From: an uncultured bacterium
Lineage (GTDB): Bacteria > Patescibacteriota > Minisyncoccia > Moranbacterales > UBA2206
DNA length: 64,000 nt
Assembly: GCA_903937035.1 (NCBI GenBank)
Contig: CAIZXS010000009.1
Location: 11,141 to 75,140, forward strand
Direction: 5' to 3'
Positions 19,667 through 28,557 of this stretch are shown here, one piece after another (position 1 is the first letter of the stretch; every line of letters begins with the position of its first letter). Under the pieces are notes generated by a model. The model had not been told where the DNA came from. It did no database searches and was given only the letters and a program-made list of their open reading frames with translations. The position numbers were made by a program, and so were the translations under genes.

Positions 19667-20326
19667 TTAGGATTTGATAATTTTTCTGAGCATGAATAAT
19701 GCTGTTTCAACTATAATAGCAAAATCCAAAAAGATTGAATAATTTTCGATGTAGTGCAAGTCGTGGTCAATATTTTCATGGATCGGTTTTTTGCGATCAG
19801 CATGAATTTGCCAGAGTCCAGTAATTCCCGGTTTAACAAAGAGTCTTGTTCTTTCAAAAAGGCTGTAATCTTTTGCAATAAATTCCATTTCTGGTCTTGG
19901 TCCGACAATGCTCATCTCACCTTTGAGCACATTTACGAATTGTGGCAATTCATCTAGTCCTGTGTTTCTCAGAAATTTTCCCAAGGGGGCTATTCTCGGG
20001 TCGTCGCTTTTATTTGGTGTTACGGCATAGGGATTTGTATTGGCATAGAGTGTGCGGAATTTATAGAGGCGAAAAAGTTTTCCGTCTTTGCCAACGCGTT
20101 TTTGAGAAAAAATGATCGGATCGCTCGAAGTCAACTTTTTAGCAATGGCGATGAAAAGCATGAGGGGAGCGGAAAAGATTAGAATCACCAAAGACAAAAA
20201 GACGTCAATGAAGCGTTTGAGGAAACTTGAAGCTGAGCTGATTCCGAAATAATTCAGTTTGTTGGAATTATTTGCGATGCTGATTGAGGCGTATTGGAGG
20301 TAATTTTCCGTATTTAGTTTGTTCAT
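19667..20326 (-). CDS. Initiating phosphoglycosyl transferase (bacterial sugar transferase, WbaP/PglC-like small form)
   Basis: 219 aa with a single N-terminal TM and the hallmark 'DELPQFVNVLKGEMSIVGPRPE'. Confidence 0.85.
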   Translation of the reverse strand: MNKLNTENYLQYASISIANNSNKLNYFGISSASSFLKRFIDVFLSLVILIFSAPLMLFIAIAKKLTSSDPIIFSQKRVGKDGKLFRLYKFRTLYANTNPYAVTPNKSDDPRIAPLGKFLRNTGLDELPQFVNVLKGEMSIVGPRPEMEFIAKDYSLFERTRLFVKPGITGLWQIHADRKKPIHENIDHDLHYIENYSIFLDFAIIVETALFMLRKIIKS

Positions 20327-20384
20327 GGGTGGTCAAAATTAGTCAATTAAGTAACCGTCAATCATAGCGCATTTTTCATTCTTT

Positions 20385-20417
20385 GTCAATAGCGAAGGTC
20401 TTGAGCTATTGACAAAT
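20385..20417. promoter_or_regulatory. Perfect 11-bp inverted repeat TTGTCAATAGC-N11-GCTATTGACAA in a divergent promoter region
   Basis: Lies between the phosphoglycosyl-transferase gene (minus strand) and the secreted-protein gene 20528 (plus strand). Overlaps TTGACA-like -35 hexamers. Confidence 0.5.
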
Positions 20418-20527
20418 TTTAAATATGGTGCTATGCTTGACTGTTACCAATTTTGACAGATTTTTGACAAAAAAAACCGGCTCAAATCCGAGCCAAAATT
20501 AGCATCACAAGAAAAAGGAGAATCACC

Positions 20528-21127
20528 ATGAAAAAAAGCATTCTTATGGCAGTGGCAGTTGTTTTTCTGGTAATGGCGATGTTTTCAGCTGCGTTTGGGC
20601 AGTATGAGGACATCAGAGTTGTACCTCGTGATTCTGATACTTATGCCTATGGAACAGTAGGGATTAAGTTGTACCTGAACAGTAGTAATGTTTGGGAGAA
20701 ACAACTCAATCCTTTCGGAGGAACGCCCACGCCCGGGTTTAATAACCCAGTATGGGCTGCGGCCGAAGCGATGACCCAGGCCAATACAACACCGGGATCG
20801 GATGGCAAAACCCGTTATCCGGCGCCATGGATTTATCCGGCGGATGTAACGACCGCTCCAGCAGTCAGCTACTATGTGTTTGGTGATTCTGGCGTGCTCG
20901 ATACAATCAAGGGCGCACTCTCGGGGACTGGTATTTCCGTGTATTATAGCAAGGTTGATTACCCGGTTTCGGTGGAGACAGCCTTGGGAAATGCAAACAC
21001 CGGACTTCTCTATTCGATGGTATCTGGGTTGGTAGCCTACATACCCGTTGAAGATCAGTCTGGCCAACTGATATTCAAAGACAAATGGTTTAAAGCACTG
21101 ATTGCAGTTGATTCGTTCAAGTTCTGA
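20528..21127 (+). CDS. Secreted hypothetical protein (signal peptide)
   Basis: 199 aa with signal peptide 'MKKSILMAVAVVFLVMAMFSAAFGQ'. Noticeably more GC-rich than its surroundings and preceded by an RBS 'AAAGGAG'. Confidence 0.6.
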   Translation: MKKSILMAVAVVFLVMAMFSAAFGQYEDIRVVPRDSDTYAYGTVGIKLYLNSSNVWEKQLNPFGGTPTPGFNNPVWAAAEAMTQANTTPGSDGKTRYPAPWIYPADVTTAPAVSYYVFGDSGVLDTIKGALSGTGISVYYSKVDYPVSVETALGNANTGLLYSMVSGLVAYIPVEDQSGQLIFKDKWFKALIAVDSFKF

Positions 21128-21142
21128 TAATACATTGGAACA

Positions 21143-21196
21143 GCACAGGTCGCTTTGTCTTTCTGAACCAAGAAAGATAAAGCGGCCTGTTTTTAC
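21143..21196 (+). terminator. Rho-independent terminator (19-bp stem with two G-U wobbles, then TTTTT)
   Basis: CAGGTCGCTTTGTCTTTCT-gaacca-AGAAAGATAAAGCGGCCTG-TTTTT after 20528-21127. Confidence 0.7.
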
Positions 21197-21286
21197 ATTA
21201 AAAAATGCTTGACAAAAAGCTAGATTTAGTGTAGGCTGAACAGTTAATATGATTTGGCAATAATAACCTGTAAATCGTTAATTTTT

Positions 21287-22651
21287 ATGCAAAAAAGTAA
21301 TCGCAATTTTATTTTATTTTGGATTTTTTCTATCCTATTTCTCGTAGGTTGGTATTTTTATTGGCAAGTGAAAAATAATAAGGAATTTGGGACAATGAGT
21401 GCTGTTATCGATTTTTTGCCAATGAACGAACTTAAAAAGGCCAAGTTCAAAACAATGGCTGGCTTTGCTGAGTATCTTTTTGCGAAAGACGGAGAGGAAA
21501 AAACGTTTATGTTGCTTTTTCAAAATAACATGGAGCTTCGTCCCGGCGGGGGATATATCGGTTCGTTTGGAGTTTTAAAAATGCAAGACGGAAAAGTTTT
21601 AGATCTTTCCACGCATGACCTTTCGAATTTTGATGGACGCGTTCCCAATGGCATTGCTCCTCCATATCCAATCAAAGAAACCTTACGCGTTTCGGATTGG
21701 AAGCTGCGCGACTCAAATTTTTCTCCAGATTTTTTGGAGAATACTAAGAAAGCTGATGAGTTTTATCGCTTGGGTCAGGGACAGGAAGATTTTGCGGGGA
21801 TTGTGGCAATTAATAGTAATGTGCTCACTTCTTTTCTCAAAGTGACGGGACCGGTGGAGATTCCAGGTTATCCGGGAACTTATGACAGTGAAAATGCAGT
21901 TCTTGATCTAGAATATCAAGTTGAACAAGGAGCTTACAAGCAGGGTATTGAAAGAGGCGAGAGAAAAAGCATAATGAATCTGTTGGCAAAAGAAATCCAG
22001 AAAAAAGTTTTCACGCTTAGTATGAGTGAGAAAATAAAACTTGCAGAGATCATTTTGGATGATTTGAATCGCAAAGACATTCAATTGTATTTTAAGGATG
22101 ATAAACTGGAAAGACAGGCGCAGCTTGCGCAGTGGGATGGTAGCGTGGACAAGAATTGGTCAGAGGACTACCTGATGTTGGTTGATGCCAATATGGGATC
22201 TTTGAAAAGCGATTATTACATGCGCCGGTCATTTAACTATACGGTAGATTTATCAGGAGATGTTCCTCGGGCTAATTTGAAAGTGACCTACAATCATACT
22301 GGGAAGGAAAAAAATTGGATGACAAAAGATTATCTGACTTATCTGCGAGTCTACGCTCCAAAAAGTAGTTGGCTTACAGATTCGAAGAATTTGGGCGAGA
22401 AGCGATTTGGTGATGACTTGGGCAAAAAATATTTTGGGACATTAGTGGGCGTCCCTTTGGGTCAAACGAAAACAATTGAATTTTTCTATGATCTGCCAAG
22501 AGCAGCGGTGGAAAATTATGACCTCTTAATCCAGAGACAATCTGGCTCTGGCGAGGTGAAGGGAGAAGTGATAATTATATATAAGAGTCAAAAGAAGATG
22601 GTCTATCAGGTTAATCTTTCAAGTGATTGGAAATTGAGTGATAATCAATAA
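21287..22651 (+). CDS. Membrane-anchored extracytoplasmic protein, paralog of 57651-59111 ('NNMELRPGGG' family)
   Basis: The track ORF begins at a TTG at 21254; the first ATG is at 21287. N-terminal TM. Shares long blocks with 57651-59111: 'KTFMLLFQNNMELRPGGG', 'W+LRDSNFSPDF', 'GIVAINSNVL..LKVTGP', 'MMVDANMGSLKSDYYM'. Confidence 0.6.
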   Translation: MQKSNRNFILFWIFSILFLVGWYFYWQVKNNKEFGTMSAVIDFLPMNELKKAKFKTMAGFAEYLFAKDGEEKTFMLLFQNNMELRPGGGYIGSFGVLKMQDGKVLDLSTHDLSNFDGRVPNGIAPPYPIKETLRVSDWKLRDSNFSPDFLENTKKADEFYRLGQGQEDFAGIVAINSNVLTSFLKVTGPVEIPGYPGTYDSENAVLDLEYQVEQGAYKQGIERGERKSIMNLLAKEIQKKVFTLSMSEKIKLAEIILDDLNRKDIQLYFKDDKLERQAQLAQWDGSVDKNWSEDYLMLVDANMGSLKSDYYMRRSFNYTVDLSGDVPRANLKVTYNHTGKEKNWMTKDYLTYLRVYAPKSSWLTDSKNLGEKRFGDDLGKKYFGTLVGVPLGQTKTIEFFYDLPRAAVENYDLLIQRQSGSGEVKGEVIIIYKSQKKMVYQVNLSSDWKLSDNQ

Positions 22652-22660
22652 TTAATTTTA

Positions 22661-22817
22661 GTCTCCTCGCCCTTCGGGAGAGGATGTCACGAGCACGTGA
22701 CAGGTGAGGGCAAGGGCTATAAATTAAGAATAAGCTAATTTAGTTTTTGCTTGACATAGTACCATTTCCCTCATCCCCGCCTCGGCGGGGCCACCTTCTC
22801 CCTGATGGAGAAGGATC
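22661..22817. repeat. Structured inverted-repeat intergenic element, family 3, second copy
   Basis: Same arms as 6958-7106. Internal hairpin GTCACGAGCACGTGAC here versus GTCCGAAGGAC in copy 1. Followed by a terminator. Confidence 0.6.
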
Positions 22818-22827
22818 TATATAAAAA

Positions 22828-22858
22828 ATCCCCTGCCTTGGCAGGGGATTTTTTATGC
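22828..22858. terminator. Bidirectional terminator between convergent genes 21287(+) and 22853(-)
   Basis: AAAAAATCCCCTGCC-ttgg-GGCAGGGGATTTTTT. Confidence 0.8.
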
Positions 22859-24355
22859 TCCTCCTATTCCTAGGATTGGAACTGGTTCGGGGAAAATAAA
22901 GGAATTGAGGATTGTGACACCATCTTTTTCATCAGTAAAGAAGAGTTTCTCCAGGCCATTATTATGGATGACGAAAGGCGTGTCTAGGCTGCCACTAATT
23001 AGATCTAGGCAGTTGCGATGATCGCGTGCGTCTAGCTCGATTATTTTTGTGTATTTTCCAACACTAAAAATGATGTGTTCATAGTCTTTGTACCACTGGA
23101 TGTTTTTTAGGTTTTCAGAATAGCGTGTGATATTGTTCAAGTCATTTTCATAGCGAATCGGCTGTACGGTCCAATTGCGAGTGTAGTATACGGAGATTTC
23201 ATTGTTGCTATAAAAAAGTAATTTTTTCCCATCATTAGAAAAGTGCATTTCTGTTACTTGACTTCCGAGTGCTCGGAAATATTCTTCATTTTCTCCATTA
23301 TTATAGATGAAAAGATTTTGATTTTGATCAAGAAAGGCGATACGAGATTCGTCATAGACAGTGATTCTTTTTATGGTTGGGTTATTCGTGTCGGGAAAGC
23401 TATTGGTAATTTGAACTTTTTCCGATTTTCCATCAAGACTAGTCTTGAAAATGAGATTGTTGGGTGATTGGACAAAATAAACACCATTATAGGCCAAGTC
23501 ATATGCACTGATGTCGCTTGCAATTTTGGTTATGTCACTCGCATCTTTGATGTTTGCCCGAAAAAGCGATGTGCCCTCCAAAAAGAAGAGATAGCCTTTT
23601 TCTTTTGGATCCCACCTTGCATAACGAATATCATTTTTTCCAAAAAAAGTGTTCAGGTTTGTTGTGCTATTATCACTAAGATCAATGACGAAATAGGCGG
23701 TTTGGAAGTGGTTTTCCAATGAGCTTGTTTTTAATTCTGCCACATTATTTTTTTCCACAGGGACAGAAAGATAATTTTCATCTGGTGACCACTCGATATT
23801 TTCCTTCTTATCCTCCGCGAGAAGTTTCCATCCGGTAAGCGTGTAATTGCTGATAACGAGTTCACTATCTAGATCTAATTCTTTCACGAGGAGTGCATTT
23901 TCCGCGTTGGTCGTGAAAGCAATGAAGCGATTTCTGGGTGATGTAAAAAACTTATCGATTCCACGTGCTGCTTCATAGGGGGTTTTTTCGTAATTTTTTC
24001 TTGTTAGGACAACATTCCAAAATTCGCTAGAGATGCCGCTATGGACGTCGATTTTTTTATTCCAGGAATAGAAATCTTTTGCAGAGATTTCAATTTCGTA
24101 ATCTGCAGGAAGGAGGCCTGAAAGGTTGAATGAGTTATTGATTCTGTTTGGCGTAGCCGTTTCATCAGTATTGCCATTGAGAGTTGTGGTGATGTTTTGC
24201 GGATTGGCTTTGAAAGAAATCGTTCCGCTATAAACGAAAACACCTCGATGCCAATCGAAGCGATAACCGCGGGCTTCCAAGACGATAATCGGGGTAATTA
24301 TGAAGAAAATTAAGACGAGGGACCAAAAAAATAGAGTGCGTTTGAATCTTTCCAT
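22853..24355 (-). CDS. Membrane-anchored hypothetical protein with a large extracytoplasmic domain
   Basis: 500 aa with an N-terminal TM 'LFFWSLVLIFFIITPIIVL'. The remainder is rich in beta-strand-like repeats (propeller-like). Confidence 0.5.
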   Translation of the reverse strand: MERFKRTLFFWSLVLIFFIITPIIVLEARGYRFDWHRGVFVYSGTISFKANPQNITTTLNGNTDETATPNRINNSFNLSGLLPADYEIEISAKDFYSWNKKIDVHSGISSEFWNVVLTRKNYEKTPYEAARGIDKFFTSPRNRFIAFTTNAENALLVKELDLDSELVISNYTLTGWKLLAEDKKENIEWSPDENYLSVPVEKNNVAELKTSSLENHFQTAYFVIDLSDNSTTNLNTFFGKNDIRYARWDPKEKGYLFFLEGTSLFRANIKDASDITKIASDISAYDLAYNGVYFVQSPNNLIFKTSLDGKSEKVQITNSFPDTNNPTIKRITVYDESRIAFLDQNQNLFIYNNGENEEYFRALGSQVTEMHFSNDGKKLLFYSNNEISVYYTRNWTVQPIRYENDLNNITRYSENLKNIQWYKDYEHIIFSVGKYTKIIELDARDHRNCLDLISGSLDTPFVIHNNGLEKLFFTDEKDGVTILNSFIFPEPVPILGIGGA

Positions 24356-24380
24356 GGATAAATATTAGCGGGATTTTGCG

Positions 24381-24464
24381 GTTTTGTCCAGCCCCGCACT
24401 AACCTTGCACTTGCACCTCCGGTGCGAATTGGCCAAAGGCCAGTGCAAGGTTAGTGCGGGGTTG
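24381..24464. promoter_or_regulatory. GC-rich 20-bp perfect palindrome CCCCGCACTAACCTTGCACT...AGTGCAAGGTTAGTGCGGGG around a 30-nt loop, abutting a TATAAT box
   Basis: Sits in the divergent intergenic region between 22853-24355 (minus) and 24510-25250 (plus). Unusually GC-rich for this genome. Confidence 0.5.
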
Positions 24465-24509
24465 TGCTATAATAAATTTAGCAATAAGTGATTTAACTTA
24501 AGTTTTCAT

Positions 24510-25250
24510 ATGAGTCGGAATAGCAGTATATTATTAGTAGGCGTATTTTGTTTGGTTGCCCTGATTTTTGGCAATGTTTTTTGGCAGATGTTTAATCAGG
24601 GTAATGACGAAGCTTTCGAAAAAATCAAAAAAGAAACAGATGCTAATTTGGCAAAAAAACAAATTGCTGCTGCCACTTCGCCAGCTTCAGGCGCGCCGGC
24701 TGCATTGGGCGCTTCAACGAATACTGTGCCAGAAAACAATCCAAGTGAATCAGAAGCTGCCCAGAGCCTGCCTCCAAAAAATACTGACCCACAAGTGAAG
24801 GAACTAGAGAAAACTCCAGACAGTACAATAGAAAAGCCGAAGGATGGCACGGAGGACTGGAAAACCTATACAGATGAAAAAAATAAATTTGAATTTAAGT
24901 ATCCAAGCGATGCACAAGTGGTCCATGGCGGGGATTTAGTTCGTGTTTCTCAAAATAATAAAACTTGGAAGTTCAGGGTGTATTCCGATGAGGATAAGTT
25001 AGATTTGCAATCTTGGTATAGCAAGGAGTTTTCAGAAAAGGAGCGAAAGAATTGCACTCTCACAGAGTCGACCTTGAAAGTGGGAAGTTATGAGACAAAA
25101 TATGTCAACCCTAACTCCGGCCAAACGGAATGCGAGAAAGCCGGTTACTATTCAATTAGTAGTACTAAGGAGCGGGTAATTAGAGCGGAGCTTGGCGATG
25201 AAACGATGGACAATGTGAATAAAATTTTGAAAACTTTCATATTTCAATAG
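24510..25250 (+). CDS. Membrane-anchored/secreted hypothetical protein
   Basis: 246 aa with an N-terminal TM, a low-complexity Ala/Pro/Ser linker, then a globular domain. Confidence 0.5.
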   Translation: MSRNSSILLVGVFCLVALIFGNVFWQMFNQGNDEAFEKIKKETDANLAKKQIAAATSPASGAPAALGASTNTVPENNPSESEAAQSLPPKNTDPQVKELEKTPDSTIEKPKDGTEDWKTYTDEKNKFEFKYPSDAQVVHGGDLVRVSQNNKTWKFRVYSDEDKLDLQSWYSKEFSEKERKNCTLTESTLKVGSYETKYVNPNSGQTECEKAGYYSISSTKERVIRAELGDETMDNVNKILKTFIFQ

Positions 25251-25443
25251 GGTGTAAATTGTGACGCATCCGGGGCACACATTTTTTTTGACAGAATAAT
25301 TGATAAATAGTATAGTATAAGAAGTAAGAGAATTTCGTTAAGGCTATTCTTAATAGCTTAGCGAATGACAGCGATGGTGGGCCGGTCGATCTTCCGAAGC
25401 CCTCTTACTCGAAGTTAATAATCTTTAATCTAGAATTGCGTTT

Positions 25444-25785
25444 ATGACTACAATCCAAGTTACTGACAAAGAGTTTGTTGAATATGTTGTAAAACAAATT
25501 GTTAACAAACCAGATGATGTTAGAGTGGAAAGGAAGATTGATGAAATGGGTGTGCTAATTACGCTTGATGTCAATCCTGAAGATATGGGAATGATCATCG
25601 GTCGTGAGGGTGCTACAGCAAAAGCTTTGCGAACACTTTTGCGTGTGATTGGTGCAAGGAATAATGCTCGAGTTAATCTCAAGATTAACGAGCCAGAAGG
25701 ATCTGAGCGAAAACCAAGAGAAGATAGGGAGCCAAGAGAAGAGGTACGAAAAAGTATTGACGATGTCGTAGGTGATATTGTTTAA
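25444..25785 (+). CDS. khpA: KH-domain RNA-binding protein (KhpA/YlqC-like)
   Basis: 113 aa with a 'MIIGREGATAKALRTLLRV' KH motif. It sits immediately upstream of trmD, as in the rpsP-khpA-rimM-trmD context. Has a charged C-terminal tail. Confidence 0.7.
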   Translation: MTTIQVTDKEFVEYVVKQIVNKPDDVRVERKIDEMGVLITLDVNPEDMGMIIGREGATAKALRTLLRVIGARNNARVNLKINEPEGSERKPREDREPREEVRKSIDDVVGDIV

Positions 25786-25865
25786 TACTACCTAAATTTA
25801 GAAATATGCAAAAAGGCTGGCGGATGCTGGCCTTTTTTGATTTGTTTTGCTATTATGAATGTATT

Positions 25866-26534
25866 ATGCAATTCCACATTGTTACAATTTTTCCGCGTAT
25901 TTTGGACTCATATCTTTCCGAGTCTATAATTGGCCGTGCTCAAAAAAGCCGGATTATAGAAATTTTCACACATAATTTGCGGGATTATACGACAGACAAG
26001 CATGGGAAAATTGATGACACTCCTTATGGTGGTGGGGCAGGAATGGTACTTCAAGTTCAGCCGATCTATGCTTGCGTCGAGGCGGTGAAAAAGCTGATTG
26101 CGAAAAAGTCTAAAAAAACTATAGTCATCGGGAGCAAAACGCGCATAATCCTTTTCTCTGCCAAAGGCAAAAAATATACCCAGCGGTCAGCGGAAAGATT
26201 GGCGAAATATGACAAGCTGATTTTAATCTGTGGACGATATGAAGGTGTGGATGAGCGCGTAGCGCAGAGTATTGCTGATGAAGAAATTTCCATTGGAGAT
26301 TATGTTCTCACGGGAGGTGAACTTCCGGCAATGGTTGTGATTGACTCGGTGACGCGGCTTTTGCCTGGAGTTTTAGGCAATGATGCCAGTTCCAAGTACG
26401 AATCGCACAGTCGGAAAAATTATAAAGAGCATCCTCAATATAGTAAACCAGCCAGTTTCAATGGTTGGGAAGTCCCGGCAGTTCTTTTGGGTGGCAATCA
26501 CGGCGAGATAGGAAAGTGGCGAGAAAAAAATTAA
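25866..26534 (+). CDS. trmD: tRNA (guanine37-N1)-methyltransferase
   Basis: The track ORF starts at 25806; TrmD-like N-terminus 'MQFHIVTIFPRILDSYLSESIIGRA' begins at the ATG at 25866. Conserved 'DDTPYGGGAGMVL' and 'GRYEGVDERV'. Confidence 0.85.
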   Translation: MQFHIVTIFPRILDSYLSESIIGRAQKSRIIEIFTHNLRDYTTDKHGKIDDTPYGGGAGMVLQVQPIYACVEAVKKLIAKKSKKTIVIGSKTRIILFSAKGKKYTQRSAERLAKYDKLILICGRYEGVDERVAQSIADEEISIGDYVLTGGELPAMVVIDSVTRLLPGVLGNDASSKYESHSRKNYKEHPQYSKPASFNGWEVPAVLLGGNHGEIGKWREKN

Positions 26535-26555
26535 ACTTATTTAATTTCGAAAAAA

Positions 26556-27668
26556 ATGGCCAAACGTGAACGACATGGAGTGAATAAAAATTTACTTTTC
26601 GTAGTGCTTCTCCTCATTACTTTTGGCCTGGCAATGATCGCTTCAGCCGGAATTGCCTATTCTCGCAGTCGCTTCGGAGATTCCTATTATTTCTTTAAAC
26701 ATCAACTTTTCTACGGTGTTTTGCCAGGATTTTTTGTTTTATATGTCACGCAAAAAATTGACTACAACTTTTGGAAAAAAATTGCCTTCCCCCTTTTTAT
26801 CTTAAGTATTTTCTTTCTCGTTTTAGTCTTTGTGCCAGGAGTCGGCTCGAAGATATATGGCGCGAGCCGCTGGCTTCAATTGGGTCCGTTTTCTTTTCAA
26901 CCTTCGGAAATGTTGAAATTGTCGATCATTATCTATCTCTCGGCTTGGCTCGAAAGTCGCGCTGAAAAAGTGAAAGATTTCTATGAAGGCTTGATTCCCT
27001 TTCTTGCCGTGGTGGGAGTTGTCAGTTTTCTTTTGGAAAAACAGCCAGACATGGGAACGCTAGGCGTAATCATTTTTATTGCCATGTCAATATTTTTTAT
27101 TTCAGGCGCTCGACTCTCACATATGTTTATGATCGCTGCTTCTGGATTTGCCGCGCTTGCCATTCTCATTAAATTTGAATCCTATCGCATGGATCGTTTT
27201 TTGGTATTTCTTCACCCCGAACTTGATCCGCGCGGGATTGGCTATCAAATCAATCAAGCGCTTCTTGCAATCGGTTCCGGGGGAATTTTTGGAGTGGGAT
27301 TAGGCCATAGTTTGCAAAAATTCAACTATTTACCGGAACCGGTGGGCGATTCAATTTTTGCTATTATTGGAGAGGAGCTTGGGATGATTGGTGTTGTTTC
27401 GTTGGTTTTATTATTTTTGTCTCTTGCGATGATTGGCTTTCGGATTGCCAAGAATGCCCCTGATCGCTTTTCCCAACTCACGGCGATTGGCATTACATGC
27501 TGGATCACTTTTCAAGCTTTCATTAACATCTCAGCTATCTCCGGACTCATTCCACTCACCGGTATTCCATTACCATTCATCAGTTACGGCGGAACATCAC
27601 TGGTTTTTTTGATGGCAGGAATCGGGGTGCTTTTGAATATTTCCAAACAGACGAGTTTGAATAATTGA
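26556..27668 (+). CDS. SEDS-family peptidoglycan glycosyltransferase (FtsW/RodA)
   Basis: 370 aa, ~10 TM helices, conserved 'PEPVGDSIFAIIGEELGMIG' and 'PLPFISYGGTS'. Confidence 0.85.
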   Translation: MAKRERHGVNKNLLFVVLLLITFGLAMIASAGIAYSRSRFGDSYYFFKHQLFYGVLPGFFVLYVTQKIDYNFWKKIAFPLFILSIFFLVLVFVPGVGSKIYGASRWLQLGPFSFQPSEMLKLSIIIYLSAWLESRAEKVKDFYEGLIPFLAVVGVVSFLLEKQPDMGTLGVIIFIAMSIFFISGARLSHMFMIAASGFAALAILIKFESYRMDRFLVFLHPELDPRGIGYQINQALLAIGSGGIFGVGLGHSLQKFNYLPEPVGDSIFAIIGEELGMIGVVSLVLLFLSLAMIGFRIAKNAPDRFSQLTAIGITCWITFQAFINISAISGLIPLTGIPLPFISYGGTSLVFLMAGIGVLLNISKQTSLNN

Positions 27669-27692
27669 TTTAATTTTTTAAAATCAAAAAAT

Positions 27693-28526
27693 ATGAGTGA
27701 AAAAATGGGAAACGGAGGAGAAATTCTTTTTACGAGGCATAGTAAGGCAAAGTATGGAACCTACGGAGAAGCAGTTAAATCGGAGAATCCGGAGGCCCCT
27801 CATGATCCAAACAGGCAATTGGAGAATGATTTGCCAGAAGCGGGGATTGAGCTAGCGAGAAAAAAAGCAGAAGAACTCTTCGCGACAATGAATCCGGAAA
27901 CGGACGCGCTATTTTTTGCATCCAGCAAAGAGATGCGAGCGTTTGAGACCGCTAAAATTTATCGGGACATTGCCAAGGAAAAAGGTTTTGAAATTATTAT
28001 TCCCTATACCGAAGAAAACAAGGAAAAAAAGAGCGGCATAACCAGAAAATTAGCCGACGAAAATATCAAAGCAATTGACAGTCTATCGCTGAAAATTCCA
28101 AATTCATTAGTGGGAAATGTGTTTAATCCGGAAGCGTACTTGGGTGAAATCAATTGGAGTGCAGTTGACGAAGAGACTAAGCGAAAATGGAAAGAAGCGA
28201 GAGAAATAATCAACTCGGATGATCAAGGGTCATGGGGCGCTAATTTCTATAAACATTCAGAGGCGATCCAAAAAATATTTCCCGAAATAAAATCTTCCCG
28301 AGATGAATATGCAACAACTTTTCAAAAATTATTAAGACTTACTGAATTTGCTCAAAATAAGATTAAAGAAGTCGGGCATGGTAAAAATGTAAAAGTGCTA
28401 TCTTTTGGTCATGAAAACTACATGGGATATGCAATGAATAAATATTTGGGAGATCATAATTTGGGCAATTGCGAGACTGTTTCAATTGATGTGGATGGGA
28501 AAGAGCTTATTAAAAAAAGAAGTTAG
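27693..28526 (+). CDS. Histidine phosphatase superfamily (PGM/SixA branch)-like protein
   Basis: 277 aa. 'LFTRHSKAKYG' (RHG-like), 'LFFASSKEMRAFETAKI' (like the SP.xRAxQTA motif) and a second His in 'VLSFGHENYM'. Paralogous to 37413-38258. Confidence 0.5.
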   Translation: MSEKMGNGGEILFTRHSKAKYGTYGEAVKSENPEAPHDPNRQLENDLPEAGIELARKKAEELFATMNPETDALFFASSKEMRAFETAKIYRDIAKEKGFEIIIPYTEENKEKKSGITRKLADENIKAIDSLSLKIPNSLVGNVFNPEAYLGEINWSAVDEETKRKWKEAREIINSDDQGSWGANFYKHSEAIQKIFPEIKSSRDEYATTFQKLLRLTEFAQNKIKEVGHGKNVKVLSFGHENYMGYAMNKYLGDHNLGNCETVSIDVDGKELIKKRS

Positions 28527-28557
28527 ATTGAATTAACAATTTACAGTAGTCAGCTAT

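Noticed and set aside
20468-20500. GGCTC-aaatcc-GAGCC hairpin that superficially resembles a tRNA T-arm, or a terminator
   Set aside because: The loop length and sequence do not fit the T-loop consensus, and no acceptor or anticodon arms flank it. As a minus-strand terminator it would sit upstream of a gene start, which makes no sense. It was not called.
20585-21067. 160-aa antisense ORF inside 20528-21127
   Set aside because: It lies entirely within a better-supported signal-peptide gene on the opposite strand, has no RBS, and is a typical spurious ORF in a GC-rich stretch. The other short antisense ORFs in the track (e.g. 1312-1611, 2676-2978, 5370-5615, 32727-33005) were rejected on the same grounds.
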